DNA of 64,000 nt from NCBI RefSeq assembly GCF_963921235.1, contig NC_086097.1, forward strand, positions 38,070,001-38,134,000, in the 5' to 3' direction. The notes under the pieces are model-generated. The model was given only the letters and a program-made list of their open reading frames with translations. It had not been told where the DNA came from and ran no database searches. Position numbers and translations under genes: made by a program. This DNA comes from Mobula hypostoma. Taxonomy: Eukaryota. This document shows positions 12,128 to 24,707 of this stretch, piece after piece. How positions within the stretch are numbered: the stretch's first letter is position 1; the number at the start of each line of letters is the position of its first letter.

Positions 12128-14087
12128 TGTAAGTGCCTGTCATGAGTAGATTTTGGAGTCCTTCTTGGATTATGGGTGGTGAGATTATTAACAACATCAG
12201 CCGATTAACTTGCCGACCAAGAATAGATGTTAGACCTTGATTGGTACTGACTTTGAGATAGAAGTCACCTTTGGGATTCAGTAACATGAAATGGTTTGAA
12301 TAACAATTTATTTAAGGCAGGTGGCCTGCTTGGCACAGTATGTCGAACAGGATTATCTCACTTCATCTGTGTCTGCCTTAAATAATTCATAGAGTAATTT
12401 TGCTAGTTCAGGAAAATTGTGGTTAAATATTCCTTGATAGCCAGTCAAACTCAAAATGGACTCTAGTCTTTGAATAGGGAAGAGTTAATTTCTGTGTAGC
12501 GTGTTAATATCACACTTGCACTTCTTGGTTCAATCTCAGCGTGGATTCCTGTACTAGTTTAATGTCCTTGGATCAGCTTTCAGGCCTGCAGTATGAAGGT
12601 GACTAAAAAATTTCTCCAGAGTAAGTAAGTACTCTTCTACTTCATTGATGACTTTGTAGAAGATTATAAGATCATTGTGAAGCCTTAAATAATGTCAAAC
12701 TTGTCCATGTTCTACTCTTAATCACCACAAATGAAAATAAAACAAGTTATTACTTTTCCTGGCAGGTAAGGATGCATCAAAACCATTGGCAATATCTTGG
12801 ATTGAAATATTTGAGGGAATTTGGGAAAGGAATATTTCTGAACCATAGAAGCACAGGCGAGGAAAAGAGCACTAAAAGTTTGTGAAAGGTGGTCATGCAA
12901 TGTAAACTGCTATCTTGCTTTTTGTACTAGCCAGACTGATAATAAAGCCTCTTTCGGGATGACCCCCTGCTTTAAGAGCGCCAGTGAGCAGTAATTATTT
13001 GTAGGAAAAGCTCCAGGCACACTTGAGTATTGTCTGGCAGAGTCATGAGCCTTTAACGTTTACCTCATCTTGCATTGGACAGCTGACATATTTACATCAG
13101 GCAAGAATATTTTGATACTTTTGAATGGAGGCATATACTAATTTATTAAGTGAGAGAGTCAAGTCAAATGGGCTTGGTTTCTTAACTTCATAGACTTCAT
13201 GTGTGTCTGATGCCACTGAACAAAGGCCTTCAATTCTCCGAATGAGGTTATTCAGGCTCAAAACAGGAACATGATTACAGCCAGCGAACGAGCAGGACCA
13301 CTAAGGGGCCAGAAGGATAATCTCTGTGTGAAGCCAGACATTAAATAAATACTTCTCATTTGTATTCAATAAGGAGAAGAGCACAGAAGATAGTGAATTC
13401 GGGGAAGGGTATGTGGATAATCTGGAGAAGGTCTAAGTGTCATCGTATAATTAGCGTTCATTAGTATCCAGGGCTGGGTGAGTCCAATCCCAGGAAGAGA
13501 GAAGCTACCTGAGGCCCTGACTGAAATGTTTGTATCATTTTTAGAAAAAGCTGGGAGCCGAAGACTGGAGATAGCCAATATTTATTTAAGAAGGACAGCA
13601 GAGATAAGCCAGTTAACTAGGGGTGAGTTTTATGTGGTGGTAGGAAAATTATTGGAGAGAACTTAAGACATATATTTCACTATGACATTATACCATTAGG
13701 TAGAAGGCCCTAATTAGGGAGCCTGAAGATGCATACTTAACATTTTAGGATTAGCTTCTTCCCCTCCGCAGTCAGACTTCTGAACAGTCCATGACTTCCA
13801 GCTCACTAATCCTCTTTTGCACTATTTATTACTCTTACCTCTTTTTTTGTAGCTTATGGTAATTTTTTTTATGTATTGCACTGTACTGCTACCACAAAAC
13901 AACAAATTTCATGACATACAGTGTTAATAAACCTGATTCAATTCTGATTCTAATTATATATTTTTGAAAAGGCAAGGGCCGACCAGAGATGGTCAGGAGG
14001 GGTAATCCCACCTCATTAACTTGATTGAGTTTCTGAAGATAGAATGAAGAAGATTGATGAAGGCAGGGCCGTAGGTACTGACTCCAT

Positions 14088-14166
14088 CAGGGTTTCCCGA
14101 CCATTTTTATGCCATGGACCTCTACTATTAACTGAAGGGTCTGTGAACCCCACGCTGGGAGCCCTG
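14088..14166. mobile_element. ~80-bp hAT/Charlie-type MITE (decayed)
   Basis: TIRs cagggtttcccga / gctgggagccctg; homologous to 26613-26691. Confidence 0.7.
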
Positions 14167-14573
14167 GGTCCAGATGGACCTCCATAGGGCATGCAACAAG
14201 GTCCTACAGCGTAGGCTGGTCCCGAAAGTTAAGACACATTAGATGCAAAGTGAGCTGGCTAAACTGGATCTAAAATTGGCATGGTGCTAGGAGGCAGAGG
14301 GTACTGTTGGTAGGATGCTATTCGAGTGGAAGTCTGTATTCAGTAATTGAGATTGGTGCTAGTTTGCTTGTTGATTGTGATGTGCATTAGTGACTTGGAT
14401 GTGAATGTGGGGAGTGTGATTAGTACATTTGCAGATGCTGCAGAAGTTGATAGCATTGTGAATAGCAAATAAGTTGTCTAAAACTACAGCAGAACATAGA
14501 TCAGATGGACCATTGGGCAGAGAACTGGCTGATGGAATGTAATCCCAACAAGTGAAAGGAGATACTTCACTTC

Positions 14574-15815
14574 TTACTTCAGTGGTTGGTAAGTTGATGG
14601 AGAAGATCCTGAGAGGCAGGATTTATGAACATTTGGAGAGGCATAATATGATTGGGAATAGTCAGCATGACTTTGACAAAGGCAGATCATGCCTTACGAG
14701 CCTGATTGAATTTTTTGAGGATGTAACTAAACACATTGATGGAGGTAGAGCAGTAGATGCAGTGAATATGGATTTCAGCAAGGCATTTGATAAGGTATCC
14801 CCTGCAAGGCTTATTGAGAAAGTCAGAAGGCATGGGATCCAAGAGGACATTGCTTTGTGGATCCAGAACTGGCTTGCCCACAGAAGGCAAAGTGGTTGTA
14901 GAGGGGTCATATTCTACATGGAGGTCAGTGACCAGTGGTGTGCCTCAGGGATCTGTACTCTTTGTGATTTTGATAAATGACCTGGATGAGGAAGTGGAGG
15001 AATGGATTAGTAAATTTGCTGATGACGCAAAGGTTGGGGGTGTTGTGGATAGTGTGGAGGGCTGTCAGAGGTTACAACGGGACATTGATAGGATGCAAAA
15101 CTGGGCTGAGAAGTGGCAGATGGAGTTCAACCCAGATAAGTGTGAGGTGGTTCATTTTAGTAGGTCAAATATGATGACAGAATATAGTGTTAATGGTAAG
15201 ACTCTTGGCAGCGTGGAGGATCAGAGAGATCTTGGGTTCCGAGTCCATAGGACACTCAAAGCTGCTGCGCAGGTTGATTCTATGGTTAAGAAGGCATACG
15301 GTGCATTGGCCTTCATCAATCGTGGGATTGAGTTAAGAGCCGAGAAGTAATTTTGCAGCTATATAGGACCCTGGACAGACCCCACTTGGAGTACTGTGCT
15401 CAGTTCTGGTTGCCACACTACAGGAAAGATGTGGAAACCATAGAAAGGGTGCAGTGGAAATTTACAAAGATGTTGCCTGGATTGGGGAGCATGCCTTCTG
15501 AGAATAGGTTGAGTGAACTTGGCCTTTTGTCCTTGGAGCGACAGAGGATGAGAGTCATTGATCGTATGGATGGCCAGAGGCTTTTTCCCAGGACTGAAAT
15601 GGCTAGCACGAGAGGGCACAGTTTTAAAGTGCTTGGAAGTAGGTACATTTTTAAGAGTCTCTTTTTAAGAGACTCCTGGATGGATGGGTACATGAAGCTT
15701 AAAAAAATAGAGGGCTATGGGTAACCCTAGGTAATTTCTAAGGTAAGGACATGTTCGGCAGAGCTTTGTGGGCCGAAGGGCCTGTATTGTGCTGTAGGTT
15801 TTCTATGTTTCTATG
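14574..15815 (+). mobile_element. Young CR1 LINE, 5'-truncated RT
   Basis: LTSVVGKLME, DFSKAFDKV, SGVPQGSVL, KFADD in ORFs 14552-14980 and 14787-15350; tail ttctatgtttctatg. Confidence 0.95.
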
Positions 15816-16958
15816 AGATGCCATTTGGGAAGTCATATAGGGATAGAACATAAATCGTAGATGGTAGGGCACCACGGAATGTTATAGTTCCCTGAAAGTA
15901 GCTGCGTGGCTTTATAAGGTGGCGGCGAAGACAAATGGTATACTGGCCTGTATAGGCTAGGCATAGAACATATAAGTTTGGACTTTATGTTGCTACTTTC
16001 CAAAACTGTGAGACCGCATTTGAAGTATCATGTGCAGCTCTGGTCACCACTCCAAAGGAAGGATGTGGTTCTGCTGGAGAGAATGCCGAGGAGACTCGAT
16101 GGAATCTTGCCTGGATTGATTATGGGGTATGATTGAATAAGCTAGGTTTGCTTACCCTGGAGTGAATGAGGCTGAGAAGTAACCTGATAGAGGTCTATAA
16201 AGTTATAAGATGCATAGGTGGTATAGATAGTTAAAATCTTTTCTTCATAGTAGATGTATCAAAAACAAGTGTTCATAGGTTAGAGGTGAGTGGAAGGCAT
16301 TTTAAAGAGGAGTTGAGAGGTAATTATTTTTTACACAGGGAGTGGTTGATTTCCAAAATGTGCCACCAGAGCAAATGATGGAATCAGATACTGTACAATC
16401 ATTACGTTCAAAAGACATTTAGGCAAACAGGTATCCTGGAAGGATACAGAAACCATTGCAGGCAAGCATTTTAGGATCAGCAAGGAGGCTGGCATGTACG
16501 TGGTACACTGTAGGGCTCATTTCTGTGTGTATGACTCTATGACTCTATCACTGCTTGATACTGTCTAGGTTTATCTTGTATCAACAGACCAAAGCCAGAT
16601 GACAAGTGCGAATATACATACGCACAAATTCAAATCTGAATCAAAGCAATATCCCGGCAAATGGAACACTTTCTTCATTTAATAATTTGTTGAAAATCAT
16701 CAAAAATGATCAAATGTTATAACCCACAATAGTGACAATAGTTCAGGAGTACTTCATTAGACAGGCCCTTTATGATGTCTTGATGTCATGGATAAGTGGA
16801 AGTTCTTTCTAATACCACATTTTTTCTCAATATTACACTATCTGCCAACTTGCCCCCTCAGTTAACCTGTATCTATCCCAATGCAGATTCTTTGCATTCT
16901 GTATTCTACCAGATACTCTGTCTGTCGTGGTACTGTCAACAGATCTGGTTATGATAAA

Positions 16959-17179
16959 GCAGCGCACACAAAATGCTGGAGGAACGCAGCAGGTCAGGCA
17001 GCATCTACGGAAGAGTAAAGAGTCGACGTTTCGGGCTGAGATTAGTCCTGATGAAGGGTCTCAGCCCAAAACGTTGACTGTTTACTCTTTTCTATAGATG
17101 CTGTCTTGCCTACAGAATTCCTCCAGCATTTTGTGTGTGTCGCTTGGATTTCCAGCAACTGCAGGTTTTCTTGTCTCTA
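16959..17179. mobile_element. Second fold-back PLE mini-element
   Basis: Inverted arms meet at ~17041; hammerhead at 17044-17079 (GAAA>AAAA); 11-bp TSD gttat(g/a)ataaa at 16948-16958 and 17180-17190. Confidence 0.9.
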
Positions 17180-17274
17180 GTTATAATAAACCTGGGCCTT
17201 TCACTCATAATAAAGATTATAAATACCTGAGCACTGATCCCCATGGCACTGCAGTAGTTATTGCTGCCAGTTCA

Positions 17275-18125
17275 AATATGGCCCATTTTGACAGATACGT
17301 TGATATGAAAGGTTTGGAAGGACTGAGCCAAATGACCACATCTAGGATGTTATACACAGTTCTGGTAAGAAAGTGCAGCAAAGTGTCACAAGGCCATTGC
17401 TGGGACTGGAAGGCTTGAGTTAAAAGGAAAAACTGGATAAGCTGGGATTGCTTTACCTGGAGCAAAGAAGACGGAAGGTGACTTTATTTTGTATACAAGG
17501 GGTGGTACAGTAGTGTGGTGGTTAGCACAACACTTCACAGTACCAGCGACCCGGATTCAATTCCCGCCAGTGCCTGTAGGATTTTGTCTGTTCTCCAAGT
17601 GCCCACATGGGTTTCCTCTGGGTTCCCCGGTTTCCTCCCACAGTCCAAAGATGATAGGTTAAATGTCCTTTGTAAATTGTCCCGTGATTAGACTAAGGTT
17701 AAATTGGGAGTTGCTGGGCGGCGTGACTTGAAGGGCCTATTCTGCGCTGTCTCCGTAAATAAATAAATAAAATCTTGAGAGACAGAGATGAGGTGGATAG
17801 CCATGGTCTTTTTCTCAGAGTAAGGGAATCTTAAACTTGTGGGCATGTCAAAGGTAGGAGAGGAAAGATTTAAAGTGGATCTGAAAGGCAAGTTTTTCCA
17901 CATACAGGGTGGTAGGTATATGGAATGAAGTGCCAAAGGAAGTTCTAAAGACCAGTATAATGACAATATTTAAAAGACCTTTGGACAGGTTCATCAATAG
18001 GAAAGGTTAAAAAGGATATAGTCCAAATCTAGGCAGATGGGACTAGTTCTGAAAAGCACCTTATTTGGCCTGCTTGAGTTGGACCAGAAGGCCTGTTTCT
18101 ATGCTGAATAACACTATGACTTCTG
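17275..18125 (+). mobile_element. Old CR1 3' fragment interrupted by a V-SINE
   Basis: cagggtggtaggtatatggaatgaagtgcca; gaaggcctgtttctatgctg tail. Confidence 0.7.
17499..17771 (+). mobile_element. Full-length V-SINE (HE1-like)
   Basis: A box tagtgtggtgg (17511), B box ggattcaattcc (17553), V-domain, CR1-like gaagggcctattctgcgctgt, (taaa)n tail. Confidence 0.9.
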
Positions 18126-18992
18126 TATTTATGTTCTCTATGGAAAATGGCATTGACATTTGAGGGCCAGAAAGAGCAGAAAAGGCCAATTTATATGCAT
18201 TTCCCACTTAACATTAACCTAGATGGTTTCTATTCTGAGATTATGCTGTGATGTTAGGCTGGAGGAGGTATGGTTGTGTTCTTTGAAGTAAAGAAGTTTG
18301 AGAGGAGGTTGCTTAAAAATGTGCAAGATCATACGCACTTCAGATGGAAAATCTATTTCCATTAGCAGATAATCCAAAGACCAGGAGACCAGAATAACTC
18401 ACCCATGCCAACCAAGGTGATTTCTTGAATTAGTCCCATCTGCCTGAATTTGGCCCTTTTTTAAAAAAACTTTTCCTATCAATGAACCTGTCCAAATGTC
18501 TTTTAAATATTGTAATTATTATCTGCCTCTACCACTTCCTCTGGCACTTCATTCCATTACCTACCTGTGTGTGGAAAAAAATTGCCCCTCAGATCCCTTT
18601 TAAATCTTTCCCCTCTGACTTTTGACTCACAGCCACAAATTTTGAGCAAAAGGTACAAGGAGGGTTTGAGGAAAAACATTTCTACTTAGGGTTGTAATTT
18701 GAAATTCATGGTATCAATCAGTACTTAAAAAAAGTTAAGTGGGTAAGCACTTGGAGAGAGAATGACCTCATCCGTGCCATAAGAACCTGATGATTCGATG
18801 AGCATTAAAATGAAGAGATTGCATATTTGAAGCCCAAGGTACGACCAAATCATTTGCTGCTTTTTCATTCTGTCTGTATCCCCATCCCTGACTTTTTTTT
18901 CCCCTTACTGCATTGCCTTCCATGTCTAAGTACAAATTTGCACTTGAAATTTGTCTATCCTTACTTTGCCTGTTTCTACTTCATAAAAACAC

Positions 18993-19130
18993 CGGTTTTG
19001 ATGAAGGGTCTCGACCTGAAATGTCGACTGTTCATTTCCTATCTAGATGCTATCTGACCTGCAAAGTTCCTCTGGCATTTCTTTTTGTATGTTGCTCCAT
19101 GCCGGCATCTGTGGTCTTTCTTGTGTCTCT
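18993..19130 (+). mobile_element. Short PLE terminal copy starting at a decayed hammerhead
   Basis: ttgatgaagggtctcgacctgaaatgtcgactg...gcatctgtggtctttcttgtgtct. Confidence 0.8.
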
Positions 19131-20018
19131 AAAATGAGTTGTCGCTATTTTTAAGTTACATGGAATGGAGCTCTATCTCTGGATGGTGTGTGCATAGAAT
19201 TATAATAGTTTTCATAAGATATGTCTATTACAACACACTTTCATAAAAATGGCATCTCTACATCTGTTTGAATTTAATACTTTGTTTTGTGATTTTTCTA
19301 GCTAATAGCAACAAAGTAGTAATGAAAGTTTTATTTCCAAAGTAATTGTTGTTCAAAGTATCAATTAATACAAAGAGTAGGTATGCTACATTGCCGAATG
19401 AAAGATTTAGATTTAATAGATTAGTGAATATATTGTTTACAGGAACGCTAGAAGGCTATTGTGATTCATGAATTCGGTCTTGTTGTTTTTGCTTGGACAG
19501 CTGATGTACAGGTTGATTTCATGATAAAAGCCAGATTTTATGATGTAATCTGTGTGGTACAGGTGGTTGATATCAAAATAAAGATAATTATTTGGAAAAT
19601 TGGGCTGTTAATCTAATTACCTACTGATGGTCTTTCATGTGCTTTTTATGTGGAAGCCAGAAATCAAAACTCCTAAAAATAGATGCATCAGATCTATGTT
19701 ATGTTTAATTACTCATGTTCCTGTACCATTAGGTTGATTACTTAAGTAGCTGAGTACCTGAGTCTTGTTGAACAGGAGTGAGCTGCTTTTAATTTGAAGA
19801 GAGATTTGCATTCTGTTTCAGAGGAAGAGCAATCCCCAGGGCAATTACATGGCAGTGCTGATTTGCTGCAGTGGAGACTGCAGCGTTTACATATTGCCCT
19901 CCCCTTTCCCCTGCTCTGCTTACTACACCAGTCTCCTGCCAGTACGTACTTCACCCCATAAATGCATTGGAATGCCTAACTGAATTTTCTAGTGGCCGAA
20001 ATATCAGTGAGATTTTTG

Positions 20019-20089
20019 ATGTCCCAAGATGCAGACCAGTGTGGATTCGGCGAAGATGGAATGCTTGTGGAGTTGCTGGAAGAACCAGG
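20019..20089 (+). CDS. Candidate coding part of a first exon (MSQDADQCGFGEDGMLVELLEEP, phase 2) of an unidentified host gene
   Basis: ATG in a TE-free island, purine-rich codons, weak donor CAGG|gtactc; no protein recognised. Confidence 0.2.
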
Positions 20090-20890
20090 GTACTCAATTT
20101 GTTTGCTTGTTTTGAAAGCACTGAATCAGGAGCAGTTGTGACTGTACTAAAATGTGCTTTGTTCACCTGTGGCCCTTTCACTTGTGTTTTTATTGCAGCA
20201 GTGAAGTAATTTGTTGTGCCGTATTGTGCTGTGGTTAGGTATGGTGCAGATTAAAATTGCTGAAGGAAAGCACAAGCTACATTTTTCGTTGCTTTGTGTG
20301 TATGGCTGCAAAACCTTTCTAGAGTGAATGGTATTTGATCATCTGTGTTTATTAATTGTGAATTGATATTCCAGCTAAATAAGTAATAAGATAATATTGG
20401 AATGAATGAATCTGTTTAATTGTCATTCTCTTTCTGAGCAGCATTTAACAGTAGAGCTGTACAGCATCATTTTTCAAAGGGACACACCCATAGTGAATGC
20501 ATATTTTTCTCAAAGCTGATTATTTGTTATGTAGAAAAAAGATTCCGTTTCACATTCAGACTTGCTGTTCAAAATTAATTATTTCATATATACTGTTCGT
20601 GTTGCCTCATGCAAAGCACCTAAAAGACATGCGGTGAAGATTCTGCCTGAAACAAAGTAAAAATGAACATATTCTAGTTATGAAATATACTGTTGTATGA
20701 CCTACTAAAATAATTTATGCAGAGACAAGTGGGACCATTCATTTGATTATCTATTTGTAAAGAATCTAGAATCAGCTTTGGGTGTGGCCGTCTGCCTCCA
20801 ATACAGTGCACAGAGGGCCTTTCAGCCATTTTTTTTCTCAGCATCACTCTGAATTCTGTCTAGACATTTTTGCAGCTGAGGTGAAGGATA

Positions 20891-20940
20891 ATGAAGATGT
20901 CTGATTATCCTCCAAAAAGAGATTTCTTTGTATTCTCAGT
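20891..20940 (+). CDS. Candidate coding part of a first/5' exon (MKMSDYPPKRDFFVFS, phase 2)
   Basis: Consensus donor |gtaagt at 20941; possible acceptors tttctcag (20841) and ttttgcag (20875); no protein recognised. Confidence 0.3.
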
Positions 20941-21620
20941 GTAAGTGTCCCAGTGCTGTTCAGGGAATTTCACTAACGAGTTGCTTTTTATGATCCGAAG
21001 CCTTCGAGCATTTTCCATGCTTAACCACCTTACTTGTCACATTTTTCAAAATAGGATAAATCTGCAAAATACCCCTCCCATCTTGCAACTGTCCAGGAGT
21101 TCAAAATATAGTTAAAATCCTTTAAGGATTAATATACTGTGTGTTAAGTGCTGCAGCATCATAGTATATTTACTTGAATTATTATGTTTCAGAACAGTGT
21201 TTCAAAAAACACATTCGTAAAATGACTGTGTCCTCCTTTTGTCAATGTATAAAAACCATTGCCACTTAATTATGAATACTATTATATATGCATGGAACAG
21301 TAGTTTTTCCTTTAAATTTTGATTGTGGTTTCTTTATATGGTACAAGCTGTCTTCTTCCCCCTCAGTAAAGTATTAATTTTGAGCAATGCTGGAGGCATA
21401 GATTTTGTTTGTAAAAGTCAAAATTTCAAAATTCGAATAAATCCTAAATTGTAAACACAGGTTTTCCTACTTGTTTGAATGGGCTTGCAGATTCAATGAG
21501 AAAATCTGTCAAGTCATAAGTTTAGCAAATAAAGATACTTATTCTGCAAACAATCTGCATTATCAGGTGTACTGTGGAAAGAATCTTTCTTGAAAGAGGG
21601 TGCAGTGCTTAACAAAATGA

Positions 21621-21647
21621 TGACGTCACAAACTTTAATATATAAAA
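21621..21647 (+). promoter_or_regulatory. Palindromic CRE (TGACGTCA) followed by a TATA-like TATATAAAA
   Basis: tgacgtca 21621-21628; tatataaaa 21639-21647; inside the TE-free island. Confidence 0.3.
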
Positions 21648-22836
21648 AAAGATAAGCCATTCCCACATATCACTGGGATCCTGATGTCATTCTTGAGAGT
21701 GGATGCTACACTTACTTCATTTGAGAAAGGGCTTAAAATTTGAGGTTTTTATTTCGATGAATAATATCTTGGAGTTCTTTGCAACGACTCTGTTCTTTTT
21801 CATATAAAGAATATGAAAGAATAGTTTCATATTCCGTACATGTGAAAGTGACATTATAATGGAAGTGGAAAATAATATTTGATATTTTGAGTGCAATTGA
21901 AGCTTTTAATGACATGGAAATACACAGAAATCTGAAGCAGGAGGAGTGCTTTGAGGGTATTATGGTAATAAGGCAGTAGATGTAATTCGACAAGAGCTGG
22001 CTCCTCTCATTAAGCAGGCAAAGGCTGTTTACATCGTTTCACATCCCAGCAGGAAGTAGAAAGTCTGACTCTTTGTTTAGAATTCTATTCAGCTGAATGA
22101 ATTCACAATGGCTACATTTGGTTTGTATATGCTTGATTCACTTATTATTTGGAGAAAAAAATAAATATGAAATTACTGGTACAGTTATATGTTTGGCGAT
22201 GCTGCAGCGCAGTGGAGAATGTGCATATATGTAGTTAGTTAAATGCAGTGGCTGTTAATGGTTGCTGTCTTGGGTGCTGGAATTATCCTGGAACTTGTTC
22301 AAGAAAGGTTCATAGCATGCAAAAGTAGATGCTGCGGTTGTTCCTTGAGTGACCGCAGAACTATGTTTTTATTTAAAATCTGTTTGAGATTAGAGTTCAT
22401 TTATATTGAAGGAAAATATTGAATTTATTTGACCTTGAGCAAAGAAATGCAATACCCTAGGGTTGTAATTTGATGCAAAGAAGACAGCTGAGCCTTGGTT
22501 TAACGTATGAGAAACCTTTTGCATCTTCGAATGTGACTAGTCGGCATTCCTAATTTTAGACATGGATCAGCAGGACGGGCCAGGGTTTCTTGCTACGTTC
22601 TGCTTTCTCCACTGATTCTTAAAGAGTTTGCTACAGATTTCAGACTGAAGTACCAGAATGGGAAATCTTACCACAAACGTAGGTACTGGCTAAGGCCACA
22701 CCCGCAGCACTGGGTGCTGTTTTTTGTTTTTAGAAGAAGAAATTTGAGGTATTGTGACAGAAGCTGAAAGGGTTGATTGCTGGGATGGCCTCTGATTGGA
22801 AGGTTGAGTATAATAGGACCAAGTTGTTTGAATAAT

Positions 22837-24291
22837 GGGTGGCACTGTGGCATAGCGGTTACCGCAATCGTTTACAGTGGCAGCAATCACCTGTCAGAGT
22901 TCGATTCCTGCTGCTGTCTGTAAGCAGTTTGTACGTTTCCCTCGTGACCACGTGGGTTTCGTTTGGGCGCTCCAGTTTCCTCCCACATTCCAAAGCCATT
23001 GGGGTTAGTCAGTTGACGCACACAAAATACTGGAGGAGCTCAGCAGGTAACGCAGCGTCAATGGAAATGAGAAAAAAACAGTCGACGTTTCGGGCCGAGA
23101 CTGGAGAACTGGAAAGGAATGGGAAAACACCAGAATAAAAAGGTGGGAGGGGAAGTAGGTTAGCCGTAAGGTGATAGGTGAAGCTAAGTGGTGGGAAAGG
23201 TTAAGGGCTGGAGTGGAAGGAATCTGATAGGAGAATGGGCTAGTGGAGAAAGGAAAGGAGGAAGGGAGCCAGGGGAAAGTGATAGGCAGGTGAGAAGAGG
23301 TAAAAGGGCAGAGTGGGGAGTAAAAGAAGAGGGGAAGGGGAGGGAACTTATTTTACCAGAAGGAGAAATCGATATTCATGCCATCTGGTTGGAGGCTACC
23401 CAGATGAATATAAGACATTGCTTCTCCACCCTGAGGGTGGCCTCATCTTGGCCCAAGAGGAGGCCACGGACTGACATGTCGGTACGGGAATGGGATTTGG
23501 AATTCTAATGTTTGTTCACTGGGAAGATCCCCTTGTTGCGGATGGAGCAGAGGTGCTTGACAAAGCCGTCCCCCAATTTACGACACATCTTACCTGCATC
23601 GAGAGTACCAGACACAATAGACGAACCCAGCAGATTCGCAGGTGAAGTGTCGAAAGGACTCTTTGGGGCCCTGAATGGAGGAGATGGAGGAGGTGAATGG
23701 GCAGGTGTAGCACTGAGGCGGCTTGCAGGGATAAGTGCCAGGAGGGAGATCAATGGGGAGGGACAAGTGGACAAGTGAATCACGGACGGATCAGGGTGGG
23801 TGGGGGGAGTTAAAGATATGGTTGTTGTAAGATCCCTTTGGAGATGGCAGAAGTTGCGGAGGATTATGTGTTGGATGTGGAGGATCATGGGTTAATAGGT
23901 AAGGACAAGAGGAACTCTATCATTGTTAAGGCAGCAGGAAGATGGGGTGAGCATGGAGGTTCGTGAAATGGAGGCGATGCGGGTGAGGGCGGCATCAGTA
24001 GTGGAGGAAGGAAACCCCGTTCTTTGAAGAAGGAAGTCATCTCTGATGTCCTGGAAAGGAAAACCACATCCTTGGGAACAGATGCAGCAGAGGCAAAGAG
24101 GAAAAGGGAACAACATTTTTACAGGAGTTGTGGTATGCTTTGGTGGCACCAGAAACATGGCAACACTTGTGGGCTGCCGCCTCCCACAATCCTCAAAGAC
24201 TGTGTTGGTTGTTGCTGGTAAACAATGCATTTCACTGTATATTTCAATGTACATGTGACAATGTGACAAATAAAGATAATCTTTAATCTTT
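22837..24291 (+). mobile_element. V-SINE with a non-CR1 tail, split by a PLE (pieces 22837-23015 and ~24126-24291)
   Basis: A box tggcatagcgg, B box gagttcgattcc (22897), V-domain; agttg on both sides of the PLE; ends gtgacaaataaagataatcttt. Confidence 0.75.
23016..24125 (-). mobile_element. PLE fragment (decayed)
   Basis: ORFs 23505-23888 and 23892-24269 (HIILRNFCHLQRD, DAALTRIASISRTS, RVPLVLTY). Confidence 0.88.
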
Positions 24292-24707
24292 GGAGTTTAG
24301 AAGAATTACCTTAATAAAATTAAATATCTGTAGAAGACATGATAGTGTTTCTTTGGTAGAAGAGTCTGGAATCAAAGGATGTAACAATGGTACAAGTTGC
24401 CAGCAATATTCTCTACTCAAAGGCTGTGAACCTTTGGGATTCTGTGCGTAAGCTTAGTCATTGAGATTTTCAAGATCAATAGATTTTTGAACCCATGTGA
24501 CTCATGGCAATCAAACATGAAAGCAAAGAGCAAAAATCAAATAATTTTGCTGTATAGTACAACAGGCTCAAAGAGTCGTGTCTCCTTGGAAAGGTTCATT
24601 GAAATGCTCATTGAAAGATTGAGCTAGAAGCTTTGAGAAGAGATAAGAAGCAACTCCAATTCCCACTATACTTTGTGAACGTAAAGGTAAAGTGTCTACC
24701 AAAACTT

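Larger units (their letters stand above)
13200..16545 (+). mobile_element. Old fragmented CR1 hosting a Rex1 3' end (~13715-13950), a hAT MITE and a young CR1
   Basis: Decayed RT motifs (tttgcagatg, gtatcatgtgcagctctggtcacca); tail atgactctatgactctat. Confidence 0.7.

Noticed and set aside
14552..15724. Prokaryotic RT system (retron, DGR, group II intron)
   Set aside because: All RT fragments carry CR1, L1, Rex1 or PLE signatures with eukaryotic tails and TSDs; no operon structure.
17499..17570. tRNA gene
   Set aside because: The A/B boxes run into the V-domain and LINE-type tail; this is a SINE head with no clean cloverleaf (same at 22837 and 56029).
19871..20209. 112-aa ORF as a small protein gene
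   Set aside because: Non-ATG start, no recognisable motif, and a length attainable by chance.
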